Assembly: GCA_951406725.2 (NCBI GenBank)
Contig: OX597815.1
Span: 173,538,001 to 173,602,000, forward strand
Reading direction: 5' to 3'
Origin: Octopus vulgaris
Lineage: Eukaryota
DNA length: 64,000 nucleotides
The position numbers and the translations under genes were made by a program. A model generated the notes under the pieces. The model searched no databases and was not told the DNA's origin. It saw nothing but the letters and a program-made list of their open reading frames with translations. Below, piece by piece: positions 1 through 13,700 of this stretch. The stretch's first letter is position 1; every line of letters begins with the position of its first letter.

Positions 1-444
1 ATAGGAATGAAATATTGTTTTTAAATAGTAGTTTTAAAATATACAACAAAATTATTTCAATAGCAGACACAATAAGCAATGTGTGGAAATATTTAAAACA
101 TAATTGAAATCTGGATAAGATGAGGTACTGAATATGGAAAATGAATACCAGAGATTTCAAAAGTAAATTAAATTCAAGTGAAATAAAAAGTTACAAGGAA
201 TGAGGATAAGAACACGAGCTGCTCAGGATGAAGAATAAAAAGATAACATATGTTTATAAGATGAAAATAGATGTTGAATACTAGGGATAAAAAACAAAAA
301 AGTTGAATACCTGTAGTATATCATACCCAGAATAGAGGTAAACCAAGATCTAGAAGACAGGGTTGATGCACACACTAAGGCTAACAGAGGAAATAACTAC
401 AACTAGATGCATGTTTACTTAATGCAAGTATTAAAAAGCAGTGA

Positions 445-590
445 ATGTGAGTGGCTTAGTGATTAGTATATTCGACTCATGAATATAAAGTCATGAGTTT
501 AATTCCCAGCAGTATGTTGTTCCAGTCCACTCAGCTGACAAAAATGAGTGATGCCAGCAGTTCAATGAACCAGCCTTGTCACATTCAGTA
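445..590 (+). mobile_element. Degenerate tRNA-derived SINE head (another family)
   Basis: Contains gtggcttagtgattag (A-box-like) and gagtttaattccc (B-box-like), followed by ccagtccactcagctg. Confidence 0.5.
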
Positions 591-1028
591 AATCTGAGAA
601 CCAAATCAATAACATTTTTCTTTATCCTATTCAAATTATGCTTCTAGTCATTCCTTATGGATAGTTTTGAATCAAACAAAATATTAGGATTTTTGATTGA
701 CACTCACTGTGCAGCTTTAAAGGAGAACCAAAGACTTGTTTTAATTTGCCTGAAGTGTACAGCTTAACATTTTTCTAAAGAGGTTAGAAAGCATGGATGT
801 TCACTTAAATTAATGTGTTTTTTTAAAGTTAAAATAACTATTCTTCTTAATTTCTGCTCAGTGCTGTATTGCACATTGGACTGTCATAAGATGGCTTCAA
901 AATCAGATTCATTTTCCCATGAAAAACAATGCAAACCTCTCAGTTAAGACTCCTCCATTTCTGGAGAAGGGGAAGCTGTGAGTTGTAAACCATGATACTT
1001 ATCACATACAATTCTCTGTGTGTGTGAG

Positions 1029-1034
<6 letters not shown>

Positions 1035-1083
<49 letters not shown>
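1035..1083. repeat. (GA)n microsatellite
   Basis: Read directly. Similar (GA)n tracts lie at ~5030-5082 and ~48604-48648. Confidence 0.95.
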
Positions 1084-1086
<3 letters not shown>

Positions 1087-1789
1087 AAGACAGAGAGAAT
1101 CAACCTCAGTACTTACTGGTATTCTTTTTATAAACACCATGAAGACAAAAGGTAAAACTGACCTTGGTAGTGCTTGAACTCAGAGCGCAGACCTATGAAC
1201 TTGAATTTTCACTCAGATATTTGAAGGACATGGATAATTATATTTTCATTCTTGTTGCTTAACCTCAGATCTGATGTGATTGAGTAGATTTATGATTAAA
1301 GGCACTCCATCTGTCATTAAATAATTTTTTCTTTCACAAGTACAGTGTAACTATGACTGATTACATACCCAATATGCTCCTCCATATTTCTTTTTAAGAC
1401 AATAGGGTGAGATTTAAGGAGATTTGGTTGTTACTTCTAGCAAGTTGAACATAGTGTAAGCTCTCTAGATAGATTTATTTATATCACATTGATTGGTATT
1501 ACATTTTTCGTGTGATTTATGCATTAAGATATTCATGGAGAGGCGACGAGGCAGTTACTGACATCATTTTAATAATTTTTTCATCCCGGCATTGGCAGAA
1601 TGGATCTACAGTATGAAATAACTGCCAGATTTTTCAGCATTGTTATTGAATGGTACTTATTTCATGCAACAGATATCATCCAATCATACCACTTGTAGAG
1701 TGCACTTCAGAACACAAATCACTCTGTGCATGTACATTGTAAGTTTGTATGTTCCTCTCTCTCTCTCTCTCTCTCTTTCTATATATTTA

Positions 1790-2002
1790 TTCTTTTATTT
1801 GTTTCAGTCATTTGACTGCAGCCATGTTCGAGCACCAGCTTTAGTCAAATAAATTGACCCCAGGACTTGTCCTTTGTAAGCTTAGTACATATTCTATTGG
1901 TTCCTTTTGCTGAACCACTAAGTTACAGGGATGTAAACACACCAACATTGGTGTCAAGCAATGGTGTGAGCAAACACAGACACACAAACATACAGATATA
2001 TA

Positions 2003-2052
<50 letters not shown>

Positions 2053-2768
2053 AATTCCCAAACATCAAAAGGGGTAGATATAAAAGAGGTTGTAGGATTA
2101 ACTGCATATATATATATGGTGGCTGCCCCCTCGTTATCGAGTATGGCCATTGCACGAAGCTTAATCAATGTTGTTATCATGCAATGCCTGTGCAAGAAGA
2201 TTATTTTCAAAGTGAAGAAAGGCTGTGCACTGAGTCAACATCATCGGTAACCACTGAGCCACAGGTTTTATGTCGGAGTTATCCCAGTTACCTGAGTTAC
2301 CTTCTCCTAGAAGGATGCCCTAACAAAGGCTAGGAGTCCTTCACTCCCAATGGTTTAACCGTGCGATCAGGTATTCAGTCCGATTATTTCTATATCCCCG
2401 CGCATGATACATCCTTAAGACATTTATTGGATGGCTGTTGACTCTCAAGAGTTCCTCCGCCCTTTGACGGGTTTTGTTTTTCATCTCGCAGGGTGTCCAA
2501 TAAACACCCTCCTCACCAAGCAAGCTTGATGGGGTTGCCGGTTTAGTCGCCGACGACCTAACCATGCAACAGTTTGTACTGGGTTACATGTTACCAGTAG
2601 CACTCAAAAGTGACCTGACATAATATACATATATACATACACACACATAAGGCAGGCTTCTTTCAGTTTCTGTCTACCAAATCCACTCACAAGGCTTTGG
2701 TTAGCCCAAGGCTATAGTAGAAGACACTTGCCCAAGGTGCTATACAGTGGGATTGAACTAGGAACCAT
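1790..2768 (-). mobile_element. Family A SINE split at its internal microsatellite by a nested insertion
   Basis: The 3' half (1790-~2010) and 5' half (~2625-2768) are both reverse-complement matches to family A. Confidence 0.75.
2118..2620 (-). mobile_element. ~500-bp GC/CpG-rich non-autonomous retroelement, probably RTE-derived
   Basis: Sharp compositional contrast with its flanks, bounded by (TA)n, with several hairpins. The motif gggcatccttctaggagaaggtaactc recalls RTE 5'-UTR-derived sequences. Orientation is inferred. Confidence 0.55.
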
Positions 2769-3035
2769 ATTCTTTTACTTGTTTCTGTCATGTGACTGCA
2801 GCCATGCTGGAGCACTGCATTGAAGGAGTTTTAGTCAAACAAATTGACCCCAGGATTTATTTTTTAAACCTAGTACTTATTCTATCATCACTTTTGCCAA
2901 ACTGCTAAGTTCCACTCACAAGCCTTTGGTTAGCTTGAGGCTATAGTAGAAGACATTTTCCCCCAAAGTGTCACAGTGACATTGACCCCAGAATCGTGGT
3001 TGGGAGTAATTTGTTACCACATTGCCATGCCTGTG
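2769..3035 (-). mobile_element. Family A SINE with internal deletion
   Basis: Reverse complement of the family A tail joined directly to its head region. Confidence 0.75.
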
Positions 3036-5024
3036 TCTGTGTATATATGTATGTGTGTGTATATATATAATATATACCCATTGTTTTCATCATTTCAATA
3101 TCTACTTTCTTATACTTTCTTGTGTTAGTCGGAATCTGTTGAAGAAACTACACTCATTTCCAGATATAACAGTATTTTCCCATAGGTGGACAAGTTTTCG
3201 CAGATGTTTGAAAATGAGTAACACTGCTTGTATGGCAGTGAAGGATGCTTACAACTCACACATGAAGTCCAGACAAAGGAACACAAACACAGGCATGAGT
3301 GCAGACACACAGACACAATTTTTGTGTGGTGAAATATATATGCACACGTGGTGGAATCTGTAAGCATTGGTCGGATCAGAACTACATCAGAAGATACTTG
3401 CTGAAGGTGCTGTGCAGTGGAACTGAACCCGGAACCACCGAGTTACCAAACAAACTTAATACCACCACCATGTTTGCATATGCATATAAAAAACTATCTT
3501 ATTAAGAGATATTTTAAAAAATAGAATTCTTAGGAATTAACAGATATTTTGATATTCTGCATCTATACATTTCTTATTATTCAGAAATACAGTCAATTTA
3601 ACATTAACTTGGTACTTGTTCTGCTTTGCCTCTGTGTATATAATCTTTATCCCTATAAGTTCTTTTATACCCTGTTGATTAGTTAATATGATCAAAAGAA
3701 ATGCATTACATTCAAATTTCTAGATTTTATATTACACTTCTTTTACAGTCAAGCCAGATTATTATTCTGAATAAATATTATCAAATGATTAATTCGTACA
3801 TTATTATATGATAAATGATACTTATTGAATTTGTTACATTTGTCATTCTTCAACAATTACTTTTTATACCTACAAACAATTTCTTTTCCAATATTTCTGG
3901 AATAAAATAGTTAAAAATAAAATAGCTTGAGTGGTTATGCTATAAGGATATATAATTTGTTTATTAATTTTACGTAAGAAACCATAAGAAAACAATGGCA
4001 AATTGCAAAATATTTCCATGTAAATATGTAATTAAATTTCTATACAAGTGCTTAAAATTTCTTTTTAAAAAGATTTGATGGAAATAATTTGACATGAAAA
4101 TAATTTTACTTTTCCAAATAGCTGTTTTTGTTTGGAAGATACCTTCAAGATAAAATATATTTTTAAAATTATATTTTACTATAGTGAATAGTAAGTTTCA
4201 TTTAACTACAGATGTTAGTCCAAAGGTATAATTAACAAAGAATTATGAAGTTAGGCTGATTTCAGCTGTAGATAAAATGACAACAAATATCTAGAGTTTA
4301 GCAACTGTGCAGTAAATGTTGCTTCACTAACAAGACATTCTTATGTACAGTTAGCAATCCATGTTACTCATTAAATAAGACAGAATGATGTAAGAGAGCA
4401 TCTTTTTAGTTCATTGATTTAATGTGCAGTCACTCATAATACGGCTAACGATCATAATACATGTGAAATATGTTGCATACTCAGGAGTTATTGTAGCATG
4501 ACAGGCTTATTTAGAGAACTCATAGTTAACCATATATTAATATGGAGGTTTTAATATCAACATGACTGCTAGATGGTATGTTAAGATAAAGAAAAATTTA
4601 ATAGAAGATGATCAGACATGTGTCAAGAGTTATATATGAAGCTGTATGTTATAGGTTTTGAACTTATAATAAAAATTCTTTCAAAGCAGGAAAACTATTG
4701 TTTCGATAAATAATTCTTATAGATAATTCAACATTTAAGTTCAACAAGATATCCTTATACTAAGCATAACTTTAATTTTCATTCAGAACCATATTTCACC
4801 CAAGGAAGTTGAATTAATTAAACTAATAGAAACTGTCAAATATGACGTAATACCAACAAAGAGAGGACATTAAAATGATTTAAAAAATAAAATGTAAGCT
4901 ACTAAGAAAAAAAAATCAAAGACCTAATTCACAAAATATCACAATGGTAATAAAAATAACATTTCATTTTTGTTTTTAAAGAAATAATAAAAATATTAAA
5001 TGAAAGTGAACACTATATACCAAA

Positions 5025-5083
<59 letters not shown>

Positions 5084-6653
5084 TAGGGGTGGGAGGATGA
5101 ACACTTGGAATATTTCTATATGGTTTTTCCAGCTGGCAATTGGCAGCAGAGCTTATCTGATCAAGTTAAACGGAACCCGAAAATCCAAGAACCTTTAAAG
5201 GACAAAAGCTGCTCAAATACATTATTTAGCTTGACTTAATTCAATAAAACAATTGATAAGAGTTATCAAAGAAAGAAGAGATCAGATGAATTTCCAAGAA
5301 AGCAGACCAAGTGTTAAAACACACAAGTGAACAGATTTTAAAATGTCCAAAGTGGTAGTGACAAAACAATGAAGTTATAATTAAGTATTTAGTCGAGGCT
5401 TATCTGTTATGAGTAGCTTTTCTCACCTTAAACTAGTGCTATGTAGTTCAGTTACATTGGTTACCTCTTGTGGAACTGAATTTTTTTTCTCAAATATATA
5501 AATTTAAGTCTTCTGACACAGAACCAAGTTTACTACTGAATAGCTAAGAACAACAATAATGATGATGATAGTGATGATGATAGCTGACACAATATTTTTC
5601 AACAGAAGCTGAATGATAGTTTGAAGATAAGAGTAGAAGAAAAAAAGATGTCCAAGATAAACAATGTTTCATCATCATCCTGAGGAAGTTTCATGTTTAA
5701 ATTCTAACGCTTGCCTGCTGTGAGGTTTGTGAGTGAGGGGTAGGGAGACAAACAAATCGGCAGAGAACAGATGAGCTACCCATTCTCTTCTTTATTATGA
5801 CAGCTTAATTAAAAGTAAAGTATTGGAAATTTGAGTTGTATAGTTCTGAAATTTTCCATTTCACTTCTGATTATTTCAAGATATATATAAATATACAAAT
5901 ATATAACACATAATTATTACCTATTACTGTTTTTTAAATACTAGAAATACCCATTATTATATTAACAGATTTAGCAGAGTGTGTTTTACAGGAATTCCAC
6001 TTTTTATGTAAATATTTTATCATTGACTTTTGAGGAAAATTCACTGATTAACCTTCAGAGCTTTAGACCCTATTTAAGTTTGATGAGATTTTGAAAGAAA
6101 CTTATTAACTGGTAACTATAAATCTCCATTCAGTAAAAAATATAAACATTATGCTCTTTCCCGTTAAATTAATAAAGAACACAACTGCAATTCATGTTTT
6201 TGTAGCAAAGGCAATATTGTGTAAAATTAGACATGATTTACTTAATAAACTAGCATTTTAACCTTCATAAAATCTGTCTATTTTCCTTCTGAGCAATGCA
6301 CTAATTAAGATTATTGAGTAATCAGGAATGAAAGCTAAATAACTGTCCTTTTATTTTTCAGATTTTGTTCAGCACCTGATTCAATGGGAATAATTATTTG
6401 AACCAATTATTCTATTAACTTGTATATAAAAACTATAACACAAAAACAACATCAATATATCCATATGCCACACACTTCACTTTAAGTGGGGTAATTTAAT
6501 TCCTTCCAATTAATAGCAATCTAGTTGAATAGATTACATTCAAAAAGCTCTTCAAACAGAAATAATCCTTTGTTTAACATAATCTAAACAGTTTTTGGCT
6601 CCTCTTATTCATGCATATATCTTAAAAACAAAAGCAGAAAAAAAAAACAATAT

Positions 6654-7026
6654 GCAGACATGGCTGTGTGTTAAGAAGCTTGCTTCTCAACCACATGGTT
6701 TTGGGCAAGTGTCTTCTACTATAGCTTTGGGCCGACCGAAGCCTTGTGAGTGGATCTGGTAGAGAGAAACTGAAAAAAACCCATCATATATAATATGTAT
6801 GTATATATCTATGTATGTCTGTATCTTTGTTTGTCCCCCTCCATCTCCACTTGACAACTGGTGCTGGGGTTTTTACTTCTCTGTAACTTAACAGTTCAAC
6901 TAAAAGGACTGATAAAATAAGTACTAGGCTCAAAAAATAAGTCCTGAAGTTGATTTGTTTGACTAAAACACTTCAAGGCTGTGCTCCAGCATGGCTGCAG
7001 TCAAATGACTGAAACAAGTAAAAGAA
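6654..7026 (+). mobile_element. Family A SINE, older and internally deleted
   Basis: Same head, body and tail motifs as the 15186 copy. Confidence 0.85.
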
Positions 7027-9422
7027 TTACCAGACAGTAAATTTGATCCTTTATTCATGATAAAACAACTACGAGAGGAGTTCTTAGTTAAGTATAGCTA
7101 TTTCACATTTGTTGACCTATAGGAAAATATTGAGACTAATACACTGCAGTCTAGTGGTAATATAAATCCAATGATGTATGATAGTGAAACTTTAAGTGGA
7201 ACTACAATTATTAGAGAAAAATAAGTCTAGTGAACACTTGATATTACTTTGCAGGAGTTAGTTAGCACATATCCTTACAGAAATTGTATGTATATCTATG
7301 TAACAGAGACAGCTATAATAGAATCAGCATGGAGTTGATGGCAGAAGATACATCAGAGGTATAATGAGAAACAACTAGGAAGGAATAGCTAGCACATAGA
7401 ACTTTTCAGTATGTGTTTAAAATGAAACAAAACTAAGATAGACACAGGTATGCTGTGCTACTGATCCATTCAATGTGTGCCAACATGGAGGTATGGTGTT
7501 GCTGTGATGATAATAATTGTGTCATGAAAATGAAGAGAAGCACAAGAAATGTTAATAAATCATACCCAGGAGGGCTATGTATTCAAAAATAGTCTTTTTA
7601 TTCTGTAGTGGAATGGCTTACTAGGTTTTAAGAAAAAGCTACCAATAATGACAACACTATATTCACCTGTTTTTGGAAATGTTTTGAGAAGAATTACTAG
7701 CTATTTCAAAGATGTCTTCATTAGATGATCATAATTTTGAAAGTTTTGAAAGTTATTAGTAAGACGAGAAGTTTTCTAAATATTTTGTAGAAACCAACTC
7801 CAAAACTTTCAATAGTTGTTTGTCTGTAATGTAAACGATATTTTTCTGTTCAACAAACAAGAGCAATGGCGCATAATGAAAATGTAAATACTTAACTAAT
7901 GTGGGACACCTGGGGTAGTAGTGGTACATGCTTTTGATATAAACTAAGAAGGAACTAAGAAATAAATTTGGCAAAAAAGAAAATACTATATTAAAAAAAA
8001 AAAAAGAATGTCAAAATGACCCCATACAAAAAGAATTAGAACTCAAATGCTAGAGAGAGGTTTCAGTTTACTGTTAATTACAAATCTAATATTGCTGATG
8101 TTTGATGTGAGCATTTCAACGAAACTGTTGTGATACTAGAATCAATGGCTAACGCAAAGCAATTGTCTACAAATAGGTGCATAACAGGACATTAACTTCA
8201 AAGTATGAAGTTGTTTCCCCAAGTAGAAAGCAGTATCTTCAAAAAGAGAACTAAGTACAGACATAATAATACTAATAAGAGAAAGTGGCTTAATGTAATT
8301 ATTTGATAGTTAAACATAGTAATTGAAATTTATAGACTATGTCATTGTATATTTTGAGCCAGTAATTGTTTGGTTTATTTATTGAATACTAAGTGTTGTG
8401 TTTTTAGTATTTGAAAACATATTAAGCAATGTTGGGCAGGATAATGTATCTAGGATGTAGACATTAATAGTAACAGCACAAGAACAGGTTAACAGTTGAA
8501 ATGAAACAAATCAACCTCTACATCGAGAAACAAAATAGCAAACAAGTTTATTTCAGAAATACAACAGAATGATAAATGGTGCAGAGTAGTTCCATGGTAT
8601 ATTTGAGAAGTTGGATCTTACCATTGCTCACAAATATTGAAATGGCTACCTCTATAGCAAAGATTTATTTTTCATGTCACACTGCTCCATCAATGAAACG
8701 AACATTTCTGGACTATGTATTGTATGACTCGGCTCCAAAAAAGAGAGCAGGGTTACTACTATCTTGGTATAGTCAGTTTTGAATACCACTACTTTGGTGT
8801 GGTCAATTTTGCATGCTACTCTAATGAATAAAATAGACGATTTAATTAAAAGTATATATTAATATTCATAATTTGTTTATGTCTATCAAACTCATGAGGT
8901 GAATTTAGATTAGATTGAAGAAGTACAAAATCTATTTTAAAATTTATCATATCAACTATTATTAATCAAAGACTATGTAAGATAATGCAAAGAGAAAACG
9001 AAAATTACAAATAATGGAAAATGTTAACTGAAATAGGAGATTGCTGAGAAAATTAAGGCAAACAGTTTCAATATCCAATAACTGCAGCAGTACTACTGTA
9101 AAGTGATAAGCAAAGCCAATCACAAACCCAAATTTAACCACTTTTCCCAATGCTTCTCTGGTAAATATGTTAACCTGCTGACCTTCTAAACTCATTAGCA
9201 TATGTGTCCCCTTGTTTCTCAATCCCTTTAACCCTTCCTAGTTTACTAAAGGGTATAAAGCATATCCCACACTTCTTGTGAAAGCCTTATTCAGTGTAGT
9301 TTCTACTTTTATCATATTTAATTGGATGTCTCCTCTCATCTCTAACTATAATGCAAATATAATGCATATCCCTCCAGATAAAATAGTATAAACTTTGCAA
9401 CATTCCCAGCTATCTCACAACA

Positions 9423-9464
9423 AATTTCACTTTCTTTAGCCATAATTTCACTTTCTTTAGCCAT
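9423..9464. repeat. Perfect 21-bp tandem duplication (aatttcactttctttagccat x2)
   Basis: Read directly. A 14-bp tandem duplication (aaagtaatagacct x2) also occurs at 42950-42977. Confidence 0.9.
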
Positions 9465-10226
9465 GTGACCACATCACCTTTGACGTTAAACATTCTTATT
9501 GCCTCACTTCTTACCCTCACCTTACCTGATGTGTTATATCTTTTATTTGCTGAAATAGCCTATGGTTGAATAAACAAATGATGGAGTCATTCCTCAGACT
9601 CCTGTCCTTCTCCAAGACTTTCAGAGTAATACAAGTAGAGTTATGTGCAAATACTCAGGATTATAACCTTATAGCTGTAGTAAGATTTGAACTTAATAAC
9701 ATAGCAACTATGTCTAAATATATTCAGAAGACCCAACGATGAGCTAGAGACGTGAAGAGACTAACAATCAAAGTAGAATTGTACTGAAGTAATCCTAAAA
9801 TATAGTTTCAACTTGATTAATAGATACTTTTTGTTAAACATTTTGTTCAGGAGTTTAAGTTGCTACACGGCCAGTATTTTAAAAACTGGTAACATGTGGA
9901 GGAAAATTTGGTTGTTGCATTGCATAGTTAGGAATCTTCAATTGCTTGACTACACACAAGGAAGTTTTAAGTGGCTTATATTTCTAACATCAAAGCATGC
10001 CAAAGCTGTTGCCTTTCACTGGAGAGAAAATATGTAATGTCTTCAAATAATTCTCAAGAATACTTCACCAAACCTATATTTCATAAACTAGGTTTCTCTG
10101 TTCATCCTCTAAATTTGCCTCTGATAAATGTATTGTAATATAAATTTAGAAATATTCCATATTAGCCTTATTCTAACTAAAAAAAAAAAAAAAAAAAAAA
10201 AGGACCATATTTTATTCCACTCTATT

Positions 10227-10412
10227 ATCATCATTTAACGTCTATATTCCATGCTGGCATGGGTTGGATAGTTTAACTGATTTGGCAAAGTTTCTACAGC
10301 TAGATGCTCTTTCTAATGCCAACCACTCCAAGATTGTTGTGGGTACTTTCTATGTGCCACTGGCACAGCATTGACCACATTCAGATGGTGCTTTTTACGT
10401 GCCACTGGCATG
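10227..10412 (-). mobile_element. Family C repeat, inverted relative to 10458-10686
   Basis: Reverse complement of the family C tail and body. Confidence 0.8.
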
Positions 10413-10457
10413 ATTATATATATATATATATATATATATATCAAAAAATTTATTTTC

Positions 10458-10683
10458 TTGCCGTTGCCAGTACCGCCTGACTGGCCCTCATGCCGGTGGC
10501 ATGTAAAAGAACCCACTACACTCTCGGAGTGGTTGGCATTAGGAAGAGCATCCAGCTGTAGAAACTCTGCCAGATCAAGATTGGAGCCTGGTGAAGCCAT
10601 CTGGTTTGCCAGTCCACAGTCAAATCGTCCAACCCATGCTAGCATGGAAAGCAGACGATAAACGGTGATGATGATGATGATGA

Positions 10684-10686
<3 letters not shown>
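10458..10686 (+). mobile_element. SINE-like repeat, family C, with (GAT)n tail
   Basis: Reads gtggttggcattaggaagagcatccagctgtagaaac...aacccatgctagcatggaaagcagacg(atg)n. Other copies: ~40850-41040 and 41085-41328 (+); 23815-24020 and 27733-27900 (-). Confidence 0.8.

Positions 10687-10742
<56 letters not shown>
10686..10742. repeat. (TA)n microsatellite
   Basis: Read directly. Other tracts: (TA)n ~2014-2047, 10416-10441 and 35540-35587; (CA)n ~24311-24338. Confidence 0.95.
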
Positions 10743-10745
<3 letters not shown>

Positions 10746-13700
10746 TAAAATAAAGACTAGGAAAATAAGAGTGACTATTTCCTACATGATATTCATTTGT
10801 TTGCATATTTTCATATGGAATATTGATTAATGTCTTACTATAAGGAGAATATTTCTATATTTCTTAATATTTAGGCTAGTGTCAAGTACAATACTTCACT
10901 TGGTTATGGTGCTGAATTGCAGTCATTAACCTGGATTTCAGCAGAAGTATCGAAACTAGTTACAGTAGACAACAAACAGATACTCTCAACTTATTAATAT
11001 AAGCAAGCAAACTGTTCAGTAAATAAACAATTTTAAAATATTACCCTGGAATGAAACTAATAACAAACAAACAGGATAATTAGTGCATTTACAGAAATAA
11101 CACTTTGAATTTAGCTACATAAATCTTAGGTAAGCTGACGAAACAAAACTAGAGAATTTGTGTTTGAATTAATAACTAATTAATCATGTTGCCATGAAAC
11201 CACAAAGTGCCGAGAAGCAGTTTTGAGAGATGAAAGAGAAAAGGCAGTTATGGCTCAATAACAAAATAAGAGGTTATTTTCTGAAAAAACATTTTAGATA
11301 ATTTGTTTCTTTTATGTTACGCAATCCTAGATGTAATAGAGGAAATGCTTTATTTAATATGCAGGAAGATGGATCAGGTCAGTAAATATGACTAGTATCT
11401 GTAAAATAACTTTTAATCTTTAAATAGATTGTTATTACTATGAGTTAAATATAAAAGATTTCTCAGTAAAATTTATAAGAAATTTGATAATGTATGAAAA
11501 CATAACATTTTAAAATAAGCTTTTGTTTGTATAAAATGGTTTCATATTATATATTTTGAGATCTTTCAAAGAAAATTTGAAATACAACATTGTGGGGTAT
11601 ATAAGAAATATTAGGTTTAACTTGTTAGGATTTGATATAGAAAATTACATTAAAAAATCTGCATATCTATGTTATTTTGTATTTTTAATTATCATTTCAA
11701 CATGAAAATTTCTGGAGAAAAATAAGTTTGCAGTATATTATTGGGTCAGCTCAAAAGATACCTGAATATAGGGATTAAAGTGCAAACAAAGGTTCTTATA
11801 ATGAGAGACATACCCAAATTATTTGTGTTGCAATTTACCCTTTTCTCCAAAAGATATATTAGAACTCTTGACTTTACAGTTTGATTCTAAGATAGTGTAA
11901 TGGGATTAACTGCAGCAAACTATATCACAGTTTTAAATAAATCACTTTTTGCTATGCTATGATAAATTTTAGCCATTTATTACTGATAATTTCTTCCAGA
12001 CTACAAATGGCATATGATGGTTTATCTCAGCATTTTCCTTCTCAAGACCAATAGCTAATAGTACCAGTGTTAGCACGTGGAACATCATTAACAAATAAGA
12101 AAAGAAAATTGCAATTATTAATGCCTTGATACTAGTTTCAATAGCATAACTGTATATGAAACACTCAATTTCATATTTATGTGACAAATCTATTTTAAGT
12201 GTATCAGTAGTCAATAAATTTAATGACATCAAAATATTCATATCTTTTATTTGATTTATTTAATAGGGTTATAGCAATGAAAATGCTACCCTGCCACCTG
12301 ACTAAGGAAGTTAATTACCATCAAACTATATATGTATATTCTTAAAGTAGTAATCTTTGGTAAAACACAGCTATGTTCCAAACATGTACTATAAAATTTG
12401 AATTTGCGCTTCAACTGTTTATACTTTGTTTATTACAAATTATGAGAAAAACTGAGCTTTCAAATAAATCTACAGACTATAAAAGCCAGCTTGAAAGTTG
12501 TTTGCAATTAAGTTCTACTAAATTATCATTTCACATCAAACTGTAAGAAATAAGTTCTAGAAAAATAAATTTTGAACTTGAGCAAAATTCTTGGTCAAGT
12601 AGTTTCTATCTTTAAAGAACTAATGTAATAAAACCTGATGGTTTTTTTTTTTCAACATCCTCATTTGTCTGTTTGTTATTTATGTATGACATGATTGATG
12701 AGGCATAAAAACTAACACTGAAAAAGATATTTATCTAAAATATTGGTGCTCATTGAACGGCATATTTCGATAAGGTACCTGTCAAATCATAGGTTAAGTC
12801 TTTGATTTTATACTAACATTATAAAAAAAAAAAAATAATAAATAAATAAAAATACATAAACCCAATCATATTTTTATTTTATGTTTAAACTATCTACATG
12901 AGCAACACCAAGTTTTATTAAACTTTAATAGTATAGACTACATTAAGTATAAAGAAAAGCAAAAACAAATTTTTCATTCATGTATTGATTTGTTTGTCAT
13001 CAAAGTACATGTATATGCTCACACACATGCTCTATCTCTCTCTCTCTCTCATACATACACACACACATACACACAACCATCTTAGCATTTGAAAATGGGC
13101 ATAAAACGAATGAACAAAACACAGTACACAATTACATATACATAAAATTATCATCAAGATAAAACGTGCTGAATGAGTGGATTTAGGCCTAATCTTTGCC
13201 AGTTTCTACCAAATATCATATCTACTCAGATTGTATTATGTATCCTCATCAATATAGTCACATCGCTCACAATCTTTACACTTAACTGCCTTCTCATTTC
13301 AACAAAAATTATTTTGCTTACTATAATAATCAATCAACACACACACACACACAAAGTTGAATATGCAATAAACAAAATAACACAGTATTCCAAAGAACAT
13401 ATTAATACATAAAGATATGCATCTATATACATATATAAATATTAGTACAATGGCAAAACATTTACAGGGCTACACATTTTTATACGCAAATACACCAAAC
13501 AGTTTCCAAACTAATCATTCTCACTACAATCTTCAAAGCAATTTCTGTCAAAATATTGAAGACAGAATCCTACCACATATTTTGCTCACCCAAATATAAA
13601 AAGAAAGTTTCCATTTAGACTAACCAAAACACTTCTTTTGCTATTTCTCTTATAAAGTTTTGATGTTTTTTATTATCTCCTCATAGTTTCCACTGGTAGA

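Noticed and set aside
940-3505. Cluster of overlapping ORFs (SLSLSL, YIYIYI, THTH)
   Set aside because: These are translations of dinucleotide microsatellites and SINEs, not protein-like.
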